Shown here piece by piece: positions 29,575 to 39,340 of a stretch of 64,000 nt of DNA; position 1 is the first letter of the stretch; every line of letters begins with the position of its first letter. Position numbers and translations under genes: made by a program. Origin of the DNA: a virus (taxonomy: Duplodnaviria; Heunggongvirae; Uroviricota; Caudoviricetes); the IMG/VR virus record IMGVR_UViG_3300033076_000838, positions 111,836-175,835 of that record. One strand, given 5' to 3'. The notes under the pieces are model-generated. The model had not been told where the DNA came from. It did not search any database and saw only the letters and a list, made by a program, of their open reading frames with translations.

Positions 29575-31047
29575 ATGAATCCATTATTATTGACCGATGG
29601 TTATAAGACAGGACATCACCAACAATACCCAAAAGGGACTACGTTGGTTTATTCCAATTTTACCCCACGTTCTAATAAGTACGCACCAAAAGGGTGTGAC
29701 AAAGTTGTATCATTTGGTCAACAAATGATTATGAAACAAATTCACGAGGCATTCCAAAATGAGTTTTTCTCCAAACCAAAAGATGAGGTTTGTGGTGAAA
29801 TGAAACGTGAGTTAAGTATGTATTTGGGAACTGATTATGATGTTACTCATTTTGAGAAACTACATGATTTAGGTTATTTACCAATTGCAGTAAAAGGTAT
29901 TGAGGAAGGTACAATAGTTCCTATCAAAGTACCAGTATTAACAATCTATAATACTCTACCCGAATTCTATTGGGTAACGAATTATTTAGAAACAATCATC
30001 TCAAATTTATTGTGGAAACCAATGACCTCTGCTACAATTGCACATACATATCGTAAGGTATTAACTGCTTGGTTAGCAATGACCGATATTGAAAAAGATT
30101 GGTTTATTGATTGGCAAGGACACGATTTCTCAATGAGAGGTATGGATTCAGTTGAGGCTACAATCGCAAGTGGTTTAGGTCACTTAACATCATTTAGTGG
30201 AACTGATAGTTTACCTGCAATTTATGGAGCAAGAAAGTACTATGGTGAGAAAGAATTTGTAGGCGGTTCAGTAAATGCAACCGAACATAGTGTAATGTGT
30301 GCGGGTAGTAAAGATGATGAGGTTGGTACATTCCGTAGATTATTAGAAACATATCCAACGGGTATTCTTTCAGTTGTATCTGATACATGGGATTTATGGA
30401 AAGTATGTACCAAACACGTTGTTACTTTGAAAGAAGAAATTTTAGCAAGAGATGGTAAGTTGGTAATCAGACCTGATAGTGGTGACCCTGTCGATATTCT
30501 TTGTGGAAATGGTAGAGAGGTTGATGCTTATAACGATGTTGATGGTAGAGAGCGTTGTGAAAGTAAAGGTGTTATTGAATTACTTTGGGATGTGTTTGGT
30601 GGAACTATCAACGGACAAGGTTACAAAGTATTAGATTCTCATATCGGAGCAATCTATGGTGATAGTATTACGATTGAAAGAGCTAATGAAATTTGTAAAA
30701 GATTAGAAGCAAAAGGTTTCGCATCTACAAACGTTGTATTAGGAATTGGTTCATTCACTTACCAATATAACACTCGTGATACGTTTGGTTTCGCAATGAA
30801 AGCTACTTACGTTGAGATTGATGGTGAAGGTAGAGAAATCTTCAAAGACCCAATTACCGATGATGGAACTAAAAAATCAGCAACAGGTCTATTAAAGGTG
30901 TTTAAAACAACTTTGGAAGGTGATATTGTATTACATGACCAAGTTAGTTGGGAAGAAGAGAGCGAAGGTATATTACAAACCATTTATGAAAATGGTGAGT
31001 TCTATAACGAAACAACTTTGACAGAAATTAAAAATAGATTAAAATAA
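29575..31047 (+). CDS. nadV: nicotinamide phosphoribosyltransferase (NAMPT / NadV-like)
   Basis: N-terminal LLLTDGYKTGHHQQYP is the NAMPT signature; 490 aa. Confidence 0.65.
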   Translation: MNPLLLTDGYKTGHHQQYPKGTTLVYSNFTPRSNKYAPKGCDKVVSFGQQMIMKQIHEAFQNEFFSKPKDEVCGEMKRELSMYLGTDYDVTHFEKLHDLGYLPIAVKGIEEGTIVPIKVPVLTIYNTLPEFYWVTNYLETIISNLLWKPMTSATIAHTYRKVLTAWLAMTDIEKDWFIDWQGHDFSMRGMDSVEATIASGLGHLTSFSGTDSLPAIYGARKYYGEKEFVGGSVNATEHSVMCAGSKDDEVGTFRRLLETYPTGILSVVSDTWDLWKVCTKHVVTLKEEILARDGKLVIRPDSGDPVDILCGNGREVDAYNDVDGRERCESKGVIELLWDVFGGTINGQGYKVLDSHIGAIYGDSITIERANEICKRLEAKGFASTNVVLGIGSFTYQYNTRDTFGFAMKATYVEIDGEGREIFKDPITDDGTKKSATGLLKVFKTTLEGDIVLHDQVSWEEESEGILQTIYENGEFYNETTLTEIKNRLK

Positions 31048-31067
31048 ACAATTAAAATTAAAACAAA

Positions 31068-32942
31068 ATGTTACAATCAATTTTAGGTTACGCATGGTTA
31101 CTAATCCCATTCTTAGCATTAGTATTTTATAAATTCGTATTAAGAGTTTTCTTCGGTATGGTTATTATACCAGAAAACAAAATCGGTTTGATTACCAAAA
31201 AGTTCGTTCTTTTTGGAACAAACAAATCTTTACCAGATGGTAAGATTATCGCATTGAATGGTGAACCGGGTTTCCAAGCTCATACTTTAGCTCCTGGTTT
31301 ATATTGGGGATATTGGATTTGGCAATATTCGATTGACCAAGCTAATTTGACCGTAATCGAAAAAGGTAGAATCGGTTTATTATCAGCAAAGGATGGTGCT
31401 CAATTACCAACCGGTGCAATCTTAGCTCGTCATATTGAGTGTGATAATTTCCAAGATACAAGAGCGTTTTTATTAAATGGTGGACAGAGAGGTAAACAAG
31501 TAGGTTATTTGAATAACGGGGTTTATCGTATCAATCCATTCTTATTTGATGTGGCAACAGCAGATATTACAAATATTGAAGATGGACAAGTTGGTATTAT
31601 CACAGCCTTAGATGGTACTCCATTAGATGCAGGAAATATCGCAGGTACTGTCGTTGAAGGACATAATAACTTTCAGGACTTTGATAAGTTTTTAGCAAAT
31701 GGTGGTCAGAGAGGTTTACAAACACAAGTAGTTCAAGCAGGTAACTATTCATTTAACCCGTGGGCAGTACAAGTTGAGAAAGTACCGATGACACAAATTC
31801 CAATTGGTCACGTAGGAGTAGTAATCTCATATGTGGGTAAAGAAGGTAAAGATACATCAGGTGCATCTTTCAAACATGGTAATATTGTAGGTAAAGGTGA
31901 GAAGGGTGTTTGTGGTTCTCCATTAGACCCAGGTAAGTATGCAATTAATCCTTATACACATAAGATTGAAGTTGTACCAACTACTAACCTTGTATTGAAT
32001 TGGGCAAACGCACGTTCTGAATCTCATAATTTAGATAAAGGATTAAGTACAATCACAGTCCGTTCAAAAGATGGTTTCCCATTCAATTTGGATGTATCAC
32101 AAATCATTCACATTCCCGCAACCGAAGCACCAAAAGTAATTGCACGTTTCGGTTCAATGCAGAATTTAGTTTCACAAGTATTAGAACCAACGATTGGTAA
32201 CTATTTCAGAAACTCTGCACAAGATAGTGATGTAATCGCGTTCTTATCAACTCGTCAAAGTAGACAAGATGCAGCGAAGGTAGCAATCTCAAAAGTATTG
32301 GATGAGTATAACGTATATGCAGTAGATACTTTGATTGGTGATATTAACCCACCAGAATCATTAATGAAAACATTAACTGATAGAAAGATTGCACAAGAAG
32401 AAGAGGTTACATTTGAAACACAACGTAAAGCACAAGACCAACGTAAAACATTGGAATCAGCGAAGGCGTTAGCGGATATGCAAGGTCAAATGGTAGCAGC
32501 ACAACAATCGGTAGAAATTTCCGAAAGAGAAGCACAGGCATCGGTTAAGAAATCAGAGGGTGAGGCTAAAGCAATTGAATTAAAAGCAACTGCACAAGCA
32601 AACGCGAAGAAAGTAACTGCACAAGCAGATGCTGCACAAATTGAATTGACCGGTAAAGCGGAAGCAACAAAGATTGAAGCCATTGGTAAATCAACCGCGG
32701 AGGCATATCAATTACAAGTTAAAGCAATGGGTTCTGACAACTTCTCTAAATTTAAGATTACCGAAGAGATTGGTAAGAACGGAATTAAGATTATTCCAGA
32801 GGTTCTTATCGGTGGTAATGGTAATGGTTCTCCAATTGATGGTTTATTAGGTATGGAGTTGTTAAAACAAATTACCGACAAAAGAGATTTGCAATCAATT
32901 GTAGATACAACAACTGAAACTACAACTAAAAAAGGTAAGTAA
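31068..32942 (+). CDS. SPFH / band-7 (flotillin-like) membrane protein
   Basis: N-terminal TM segments, an SPFH core, and a long Ala/Gln/Glu/Lys-rich coiled-coil C-terminus as in flotillin YqiK. Confidence 0.55.
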   Translation: MLQSILGYAWLLIPFLALVFYKFVLRVFFGMVIIPENKIGLITKKFVLFGTNKSLPDGKIIALNGEPGFQAHTLAPGLYWGYWIWQYSIDQANLTVIEKGRIGLLSAKDGAQLPTGAILARHIECDNFQDTRAFLLNGGQRGKQVGYLNNGVYRINPFLFDVATADITNIEDGQVGIITALDGTPLDAGNIAGTVVEGHNNFQDFDKFLANGGQRGLQTQVVQAGNYSFNPWAVQVEKVPMTQIPIGHVGVVISYVGKEGKDTSGASFKHGNIVGKGEKGVCGSPLDPGKYAINPYTHKIEVVPTTNLVLNWANARSESHNLDKGLSTITVRSKDGFPFNLDVSQIIHIPATEAPKVIARFGSMQNLVSQVLEPTIGNYFRNSAQDSDVIAFLSTRQSRQDAAKVAISKVLDEYNVYAVDTLIGDINPPESLMKTLTDRKIAQEEEVTFETQRKAQDQRKTLESAKALADMQGQMVAAQQSVEISEREAQASVKKSEGEAKAIELKATAQANAKKVTAQADAAQIELTGKAEATKIEAIGKSTAEAYQLQVKAMGSDNFSKFKITEEIGKNGIKIIPEVLIGGNGNGSPIDGLLGMELLKQITDKRDLQSIVDTTTETTTKKGK

Positions 32943-32945
32943 TAT

Positions 32946-33422
32946 ATGGCATTAGTATTAAAGCCAAGTATGGAAGGGGTGGATAGATTTCCAACCCCTA
33001 CCATATTTTTAGCAGGTTCAATCGAAATGGGAGCCGCTGAGAATTGGCAAGAACGAATAGAAAGAGAATTCAAAGATGAAGAGGTTACATTCTTCAATCC
33101 ACGTAGAGATGATTGGGATAGTAGTTGGTCACATACGAGTGAACAATTCAACACACAAGTAAATTGGGAATTAAATGCATTAGATGATTCGGATATTATC
33201 TTTATGTATTTTTCACCCGAAACTAAATCACCAATTTCTTTATTAGAATTAGGATTATATGCAGACCATCACAAAATGATTGTAGTTTGTCCTGATGGAT
33301 TTTGGAGAAAGGGTAATGTAAGTGTAGTTTGTACACGATATTCAATTCCGATGTTTAACACAATTCAGGAAGGTATATTTGCTTTACGAACAGCCGTTAG
33401 AAAAAATCAAACATTATATTAG
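32946..33422 (+). CDS. nucleoside 2-deoxyribosyltransferase-like protein
   Basis: IFLAGSIE ... SLLELGLY blocks are typical of the NDT-like fold. Confidence 0.45.
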   Translation: MALVLKPSMEGVDRFPTPTIFLAGSIEMGAAENWQERIEREFKDEEVTFFNPRRDDWDSSWSHTSEQFNTQVNWELNALDDSDIIFMYFSPETKSPISLLELGLYADHHKMIVVCPDGFWRKGNVSVVCTRYSIPMFNTIQEGIFALRTAVRKNQTLY

Positions 33423-33424
33423 GA

Positions 33425-33452
33425 TATTTGAAAAATTTTTCGTATATTTGTA
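33425..33452 (+). promoter_or_regulatory. phage promoter (short form)
   Basis: ATATTTGAAAAATTTTTCGTATATTTGTAAT. Confidence 0.4.
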
Positions 33453-33467
33453 ATATAAACGATAAAA

Positions 33468-34598
33468 ATGGAAAATTTAAATTCAATTTGCTACATTGCA
33501 ACAATTAATGAGATTAACCCAATTGAGGGTGCGGATAACATCGAACTAGCAGTAGTTGGTGGGTGGAACTGCATCACCAAAAAGGGAGAACAAAAGATAG
33601 GTGATTTGGTAATGATTGCTACAACCGATGCAATTATCCCATTTGAGTTATCCGAAAAGATGGGCGTTACTAACTATCTACGAAAAGGTGGTAGAGTTAG
33701 GACAGTAAAATTAAGAGGCGTTTATTCAGAATGTTTAATCATCCCAATCCAACATATTCCATTTATGGAAAACTATTATGAAGGTAAGGATATGATGAAA
33801 GTGATGGGTATTTACAAATACGAACCACCTGTTAAAATGGTTCAACTTGCAGGTGGTAGAAAGATTCGTTATCAAGACAATCCTAATTTCCATGTGTACT
33901 ATAAGTTCCCTAACTTAAAGAATGTGCCGGGAATGTTTACCGAAGAAGACACGGTCGAAATCACTCGTAAGATTCACGGAACTAATGCCCGTTATGGTAT
34001 TGTTAAGAAAAACAAATTATCATTATGGGATAAAATTAGAAAGTTTATTGGATTAGCAGATAAGTGGATTGAATACGAATTCGTAGTTGGTTCGCATAAT
34101 GTGGAGAAGGGTTCAGATTCTAACGGATTCTATGATACTAATGTTTGGTATGAAATCGAAAAGAAATACAACATCAAACAAAAGTTATGGGATTATGTTA
34201 AGGATGATGCAATGGAACCTGAAATCGGTGATGGTATTACCTTATATGGTGAGATTTACGGAGCGGGAATCCAAAAGGGATATGATTATGGGTTGAAAGA
34301 GATTGAGTTCGTAGGATTCGATGTAAAGGAGGAAGGTGAGTATTTAGACCCAATCAATTCAAAGTTGTTAATCGAACATATTTTGGAATTACCATATGTG
34401 GAGCAATTATATTATGGTAGATGGTCACAAGAAGTGCAAGATAAGTATGTATTCAATAACTACATCAAAGGTACGAAAGTACCAGAAGAGGGTATTGTAA
34501 TCAAACATCAATCTAAGGGAAGAGAAAAAATAGCAAAGGTAATCAACCCTGATTATTTAATCTTCGCTGAAAAACATAACGTAGGTGATTCACACTAA
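33468..34598 (+). CDS. ATP-dependent RNA ligase (Rnl2 family) with an N-terminal tRNA-binding OB domain
   Basis: Motif I TRKIHGTNA (T4 Rnl2 has EKIHGTN), motif IV EGIVIKH, and a KIAKV motif V. The N-terminal roughly 130 aa resemble the Myf/CsaA tRNA-binding fold (EGADNIELAVV...IGDLVMIA). Confidence 0.65.
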   Translation: MENLNSICYIATINEINPIEGADNIELAVVGGWNCITKKGEQKIGDLVMIATTDAIIPFELSEKMGVTNYLRKGGRVRTVKLRGVYSECLIIPIQHIPFMENYYEGKDMMKVMGIYKYEPPVKMVQLAGGRKIRYQDNPNFHVYYKFPNLKNVPGMFTEEDTVEITRKIHGTNARYGIVKKNKLSLWDKIRKFIGLADKWIEYEFVVGSHNVEKGSDSNGFYDTNVWYEIEKKYNIKQKLWDYVKDDAMEPEIGDGITLYGEIYGAGIQKGYDYGLKEIEFVGFDVKEEGEYLDPINSKLLIEHILELPYVEQLYYGRWSQEVQDKYVFNNYIKGTKVPEEGIVIKHQSKGREKIAKVINPDYLIFAEKHNVGDSH

Positions 34599-35118
34599 AC
34601 CAACTGCATTAAATCACAACGATTCCAAAGATAGAATCATTGCAACTCATTTCTTACAAGAAAGAGGTTGGTATGATATTGAGGAAGGTGGTGAGTTTGA
34701 ATTAGATTTAATTGTTCCAAAATTCAAACGTGGAGCAGATGTAGAATGTTTTAAGGGTGATATTAATACATTCAAAACTGATGGGTATTTTAGAATTCCA
34801 TTTAGAAAACAAAAGTATTGGAGTGGCGAACCCACTTACATAGATAATGGTGATAGTCAACAAATTAATCCTTACAAAGATTGGTTAGTTGACTATATCC
34901 AATTTTGTAATTCAGGTACCGATGAATTACTTTGGTATAACTACAAACTTGTAAAACACTATCATAAAAACATAATTGAGTGGAAGGGTTTATATAAAAA
35001 GAATTTTATAGGCAATCAAGCTAAATTTATAAAAATACCATATGAAGATGGTATAAAGTATATTCAAAGATGGAAACTGATTAATGGAAGGTGGACAAAA
35101 ATAGATTTGGTAAAGTAA
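34585..35118 (+). CDS. hypothetical protein
   Basis: ORF track. Confidence 0.45.
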   Translation: MIHTKPTALNHNDSKDRIIATHFLQERGWYDIEEGGEFELDLIVPKFKRGADVECFKGDINTFKTDGYFRIPFRKQKYWSGEPTYIDNGDSQQINPYKDWLVDYIQFCNSGTDELLWYNYKLVKHYHKNIIEWKGLYKKNFIGNQAKFIKIPYEDGIKYIQRWKLINGRWTKIDLVK

Positions 35119-35140
35119 AAAATATTTCGTATCTTTGTAA
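35105..35140 (+). promoter_or_regulatory. phage promoter (short form)
   Basis: GATTTGG...TTCGTATCTTTGTAAA. Confidence 0.5.
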
Positions 35141-35150
35141 AAAGTAATTA

Positions 35151-35561
35151 ATGAGACTTACTAAAAAATTATTAAAACGTATTGAAAAAAGTTTCGATAT
35201 GATTATAGAGGAATATGGTGAGAGCAAATGGTATGATGATATACCATACTTAGATATAATGGGTAGAGATTCTATTATGGATTATGCTGATGATTTTGCA
35301 GATGGTAAAGTTCGTAAAAAAGATTTAGATTATATACAAGGATGGTTTGACCCGACTGATAATAGTATTGTTCTGATACTAGAAAATATAGATTCAATCA
35401 AAGAGGTCATAAAAACCATATTACATGAATATCAACATTATTTACAATGCCCTAGTTGGATACAACGTTATTACAATATGGGATATACTTATGATAATCA
35501 CCCATATGAAATTCAGGCATTTGATGCTGAACGTAAATGGAAACACTTTTTAACTAAATAA
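35151..35561 (+). CDS. small HExxH (zincin-like) protein, paralog of 55821-56219
   Basis: HEYQHYLQCPSWIQRYYNMGY...HPYE. Confidence 0.45.
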   Translation: MRLTKKLLKRIEKSFDMIIEEYGESKWYDDIPYLDIMGRDSIMDYADDFADGKVRKKDLDYIQGWFDPTDNSIVLILENIDSIKEVIKTILHEYQHYLQCPSWIQRYYNMGYTYDNHPYEIQAFDAERKWKHFLTK

Positions 35562-35564
35562 CTT

Positions 35565-35840
35565 ATGGCAGAATTTAGTAAACAATATTGTGAAATCTAT
35601 GAACCAATGCTAAGTTGGGATTTTGATATTGATGAAATAGCAGAAGGAATACCAAAAGGACATTACAAACCAATCGTATGCGAAGGGTTTGGGTTTTTAG
35701 GTATTGGTGTTAGATTGGATGGGACAATAACCATCTTAATTGATGATAGTGATGAGAGTCGTGAAAACGCAGGTTCGATGAGACAGGTAGAATATAAAAA
35801 ATATATTGATACACATAAATCAAAATCACAAGGAATCTAA
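35565..35840 (+). CDS. hypothetical protein
   Basis: ORF track. Confidence 0.4.
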   Translation: MAEFSKQYCEIYEPMLSWDFDIDEIAEGIPKGHYKPIVCEGFGFLGIGVRLDGTITILIDDSDESRENAGSMRQVEYKKYIDTHKSKSQGI

Positions 35841-35841
35841 T

Positions 35842-36009
35842 ATGGGCAAGTTCTATGAAGATTTAGATACTCTTAATGAGTTAGTTAAAAAGTTTGAAAA
35901 GAAAAATAAAATAAGTGAGTTCATCATTAGGGCTTTGAGAAATATGAAAGAAACTCCAACTAAATCAGTATCAGATGTCATTAGAGAAACAAAACGAGAA
36001 TTCAATTAA
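35842..36009 (+). CDS. small hypothetical protein
   Basis: ATG after the upstream stop. Confidence 0.35.
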   Translation: MGKFYEDLDTLNELVKKFEKKNKISEFIIRALRNMKETPTKSVSDVIRETKREFN

Positions 36010-36031
36010 TTCTGGTCATTATTTGGAATTA

Positions 36032-36211
36032 ATGGATAGATTGCATGTTGTTAATTGCACGATTGATGACCATATCTTAAATCATCCTCTTACGGAACAT
36101 CACAAAGATATACAAGATAAAATTGGAGATGCCTTAGAATTATTATTTGAAGCTTACCAAATGGTTGGCAATGAAAGTTACGAATATGATAAAGAGAATA
36201 ACACACATTAG
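36032..36211 (+). CDS. small hypothetical protein
   Basis: Internal ATG of ORF 35975-36211. Confidence 0.25.
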   Translation: MDRLHVVNCTIDDHILNHPLTEHHKDIQDKIGDALELLFEAYQMVGNESYEYDKENNTH

Positions 36212-36965
36212 TGATACACACAACAAACACAATCAACTTACCGATAAATTATCAGGTGGGGATATTCTCATTCATAGTGGGGATATATCTTCGTTAGGTA
36301 GAGAACGCGAAGTTGAAGGGTTTATCAAATGGTTTAATAAGATTGAGGGTTATACTCACAAAATCTTTATTGCCGGTAATCACGATATGTCTTTTGAATC
36401 TGAAATCTTAATGCAAAATAAAATTGATTATTTTGATGGTAAAAGGACAGTATGGGAAACCGAAGGTAATACACATTTTCCATCAAACGGAAAACCACAA
36501 TGGTTGGATATATTGTTAAATTCATGCTTAAACGATAATGTTTATTATTTAGAAAATTCTGACATTACAATTGATGGATTAAAGATTTGGGGTTCTCCTA
36601 TTACACCAACGTTTGGATATAATTGGGCATTCAACAAAGATAGAGGGCATGATATTAATGAGGTGTGGAGTAAAATTCCAACTGATACTGATATTGTTAT
36701 TACACACGGTCCAATCTTTGGATATTGTGATAGAACTGATAGAGGTTATTTAAATGTAGGGTGTGAAGATTTATACCACCGATTAAATGAAATTAAACCA
36801 CACTTACACTTTTCGGGTCACATCCACGAAGCATATGGATATAGACACACCGGGTGGGGTTATGCGTTTAATGGATGTAATTGTGATTTAAGTTATTTAG
36901 TAAATAACAAACCACTTACATTTGATTATGATTTTGAATTGAAAAGTATTATAGATTTTATATAA
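36186..36965 (+). CDS. calcineurin-like metallophosphoesterase (second copy)
   Basis: ITHISDTHNKHN, GDISSLG, IAGNHD and GHIHE blocks; the start is ambiguous (36147 or 36186). Confidence 0.55.
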   Translation: MIKRITHISDTHNKHNQLTDKLSGGDILIHSGDISSLGREREVEGFIKWFNKIEGYTHKIFIAGNHDMSFESEILMQNKIDYFDGKRTVWETEGNTHFPSNGKPQWLDILLNSCLNDNVYYLENSDITIDGLKIWGSPITPTFGYNWAFNKDRGHDINEVWSKIPTDTDIVITHGPIFGYCDRTDRGYLNVGCEDLYHRLNEIKPHLHFSGHIHEAYGYRHTGWGYAFNGCNCDLSYLVNNKPLTFDYDFELKSIIDFI

Positions 36966-37433
36966 ATGGAAACAAATAAAAAAATATGGTTATATTTGGA
37001 TGATGTAAGAACTCCAACTGATAGCAAATGGCAAGTGGTTAGAAACTACGATGAGTTTATTGCACACATCCGTATGAATGGGTTGAATAATTACGAATTG
37101 ATTTCATTAGACCACGATTTAGGAGATACTGCAATGAATGAGTATTTCAACAACGTTTCACCTAACTATACCTTAGATTACAACAACATACAAGAGAAGA
37201 CTGGATTGCATTGTGCTAAATGGTTGGTGAATCAATTTTATAACGAAAATCCAAAATGGAGTAAGTTAGCAAGAGATGTGAAAAAGGGTAAACCATTTCC
37301 ATTTCCAAAAGTATATGTTCATTCAGCAAACCCAATCGGTTCTGCTAATATGATGGGATATATAAACAATTTCTTTATGAACGAAGCCCAACCACAAACA
37401 TGTATTAGGGTTAATATAGAACACACAATTTAA
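36966..37433 (+). CDS. hypothetical protein
   Basis: ORF track. Confidence 0.45.
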   Translation: METNKKIWLYLDDVRTPTDSKWQVVRNYDEFIAHIRMNGLNNYELISLDHDLGDTAMNEYFNNVSPNYTLDYNNIQEKTGLHCAKWLVNQFYNENPKWSKLARDVKKGKPFPFPKVYVHSANPIGSANMMGYINNFFMNEAQPQTCIRVNIEHTI

Positions 37434-37444
37434 AACAAAAAGTT

Positions 37445-38101
37445 ATGACAGGAACATTAATTTTAATTGCAATCGCAGTATTCATATTATGGATGATTTA
37501 TTCAGGTTGGTCTGCACCTCTTATGAAAGAAAACAAAGATGGTAGTTTTACAACAATCAGACCCGAACGAAAGTTTAGTGATTTATTTAAAAAGAAAGAT
37601 GAGGTTAAAGAGGTAGAACAACCAAATGAATTTCATAATGTTGAAGCATTTCAAAAGTTAGCAGGTATTAAACCACATGATAAAGATAAAGCTGCATTTA
37701 ATCCTCTTAACAATAAGTTGAATGAAACTCTTGTTGATGCTCTAATGAAGGCTGCAGAACTACATGAATTTCCAACACAAGATGAGACTATTCCAGTTAG
37801 AACGGAAAAGATTACTACTATTCAACGAGAAACCAAAGAAGATATTGACCCATTAGCTTCAATCCCTTTGAGTAGAGTATCGCGTGAAGCTAAATTAAGA
37901 ATTGCAGAAATTGCTAAGGAAGACATCAATAGACAATTAGAAGAACAAGCATCTAATATACATCCAGCAATCAAAGCAGAATTTGAAAAAGAATTAGAAG
38001 AAGCAAATAAAATAGTAACAGGTCAAATTATAAATGACCAAAGAGTTGGTGTAGAATTTACAAAACCAAAACGTAAATATACCAAGCGTAAAACAAAATA
38101 A
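37445..38101 (+). CDS. membrane-anchored charged protein
   Basis: N-terminal TM segment; Lys/Glu-rich. Confidence 0.45.
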   Translation: MTGTLILIAIAVFILWMIYSGWSAPLMKENKDGSFTTIRPERKFSDLFKKKDEVKEVEQPNEFHNVEAFQKLAGIKPHDKDKAAFNPLNNKLNETLVDALMKAAELHEFPTQDETIPVRTEKITTIQRETKEDIDPLASIPLSRVSREAKLRIAEIAKEDINRQLEEQASNIHPAIKAEFEKELEEANKIVTGQIINDQRVGVEFTKPKRKYTKRKTK

Positions 38102-38102
38102 A

Positions 38103-38726
38103 ATGAAATTAGAATTTAAAGATACATTTTTTGAAAGTGTAGAAAAGTTAGTTTGGTATGATTCCAAACTATGGAAGATATGGGAATTTTTTAAAAGAGG
38201 ATTACCAACATTCTTTAAGAATATTTGGAGATTCCGTAAAGAATTATATAATCACCAGTGGTGGGATTATCGATATACATTAGAGATGTTGCATCGTTCT
38301 CTAGTGATTATGGAAAAGGAAATTTCCGTAAAGGGAATAGAAGAAGATGTTAGTAGAAATAAGAAAGTTGCTAAAATGCAAAGAGCAATTCAACTTATAG
38401 AGAATCGATTGAATGACAATTATGTTGAACAAGCTGAAAAAGAATTGGGTGAAATCATTCATCGTGATTGGGAGTTTGAACCAAATGAAAGTGGAACATA
38501 TACTCTAAAAGATAACGAAACCAAAGAAGAAAAAGAACATAATGGTAAGGTGTTTAGATTAGCACAAACTATTGATGATAGAGAATGGAGAGAATTATGG
38601 AATATCTTCAAAGGACAATCTACAATTGATTTTAAGAAATATAAAAAGACACTATCAAAAGAAGAACAAGCAACCGCATGGGATAGTTGGTTCAATGGTT
38701 CTGATATGAGAGGTTGGTGGGATTAA
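38103..38726 (+). CDS. hypothetical protein
   Basis: ORF track. Confidence 0.45.
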   Translation: MKLEFKDTFFESVEKLVWYDSKLWKIWEFFKRGLPTFFKNIWRFRKELYNHQWWDYRYTLEMLHRSLVIMEKEISVKGIEEDVSRNKKVAKMQRAIQLIENRLNDNYVEQAEKELGEIIHRDWEFEPNESGTYTLKDNETKEEKEHNGKVFRLAQTIDDREWRELWNIFKGQSTIDFKKYKKTLSKEEQATAWDSWFNGSDMRGWWD

Positions 38727-38740
38727 TTAAAATTTAAATT

Positions 38741-39058
38741 ATGACAACAAAGGAATTCAACGAAAAGTATAAAGACTATTTAGAAGAAGGTCATTATGGA
38801 TTGGATATAAACATTCCATCGGTAGTAGAATATTTGGATAGTATATTTGAATATGGTTTAACATTTTTACCTGGTTTCAAATATTCCCAAATAAAATTAA
38901 AGTTTGATATGGCTAGATTTTACTTTGATACAGACATTCAGGATAAAAGAATTGAAGCACCAATTGGTAATAGAATTGAAAGTGAAATAAATCGATTGGT
39001 AAAGGAATATGATAATTCTTTAAAAGGCCATAATCCAGAAATTAAAGATATTGTATAA
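38741..39058 (+). CDS. hypothetical protein
   Basis: ORF track. Confidence 0.4.
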   Translation: MTTKEFNEKYKDYLEEGHYGLDINIPSVVEYLDSIFEYGLTFLPGFKYSQIKLKFDMARFYFDTDIQDKRIEAPIGNRIESEINRLVKEYDNSLKGHNPEIKDIV

Positions 39059-39219
39059 TGGAAGCAAAATTAGTAGTAATAGCAGTTATTTTTATATCAC
39101 TTATACCAATTGTATATTTATGGGTAAGAGGTATTGATTATATGCATAAAAATCATTCAGATTATACTGGTGATGACCTCTTCGGTATAACGGAAACAAA
39201 AAAGGAAACAAATGAATAA
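39058..39219 (+). CDS. small single-TM protein (53 aa)
   Basis: MEAKLVVIAVIFISLIPIVYLW...; the ATG overlaps the upstream stop. Confidence 0.3.
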   Translation: MEAKLVVIAVIFISLIPIVYLWVRGIDYMHKNHSDYTGDDLFGITETKKETNE

Positions 39220-39340
39220 ATTTGAAAAAATCGGTGAAGGTATTTTGTTAGGTATTGGAATATCAGTTGGAGTTTTAGTAATATCCACATGTCTAATAAT
39301 TTTAAAAGCGTTTATTGAATCAGTATTAACAATATTTTGA
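39212..39340 (+). CDS. small TM protein (42 aa)
   Basis: MNKFEKIGEGILLGIGISVGVLVISTCLIILKAF. Confidence 0.25.
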   Translation: MNKFEKIGEGILLGIGISVGVLVISTCLIILKAFIESVLTIF

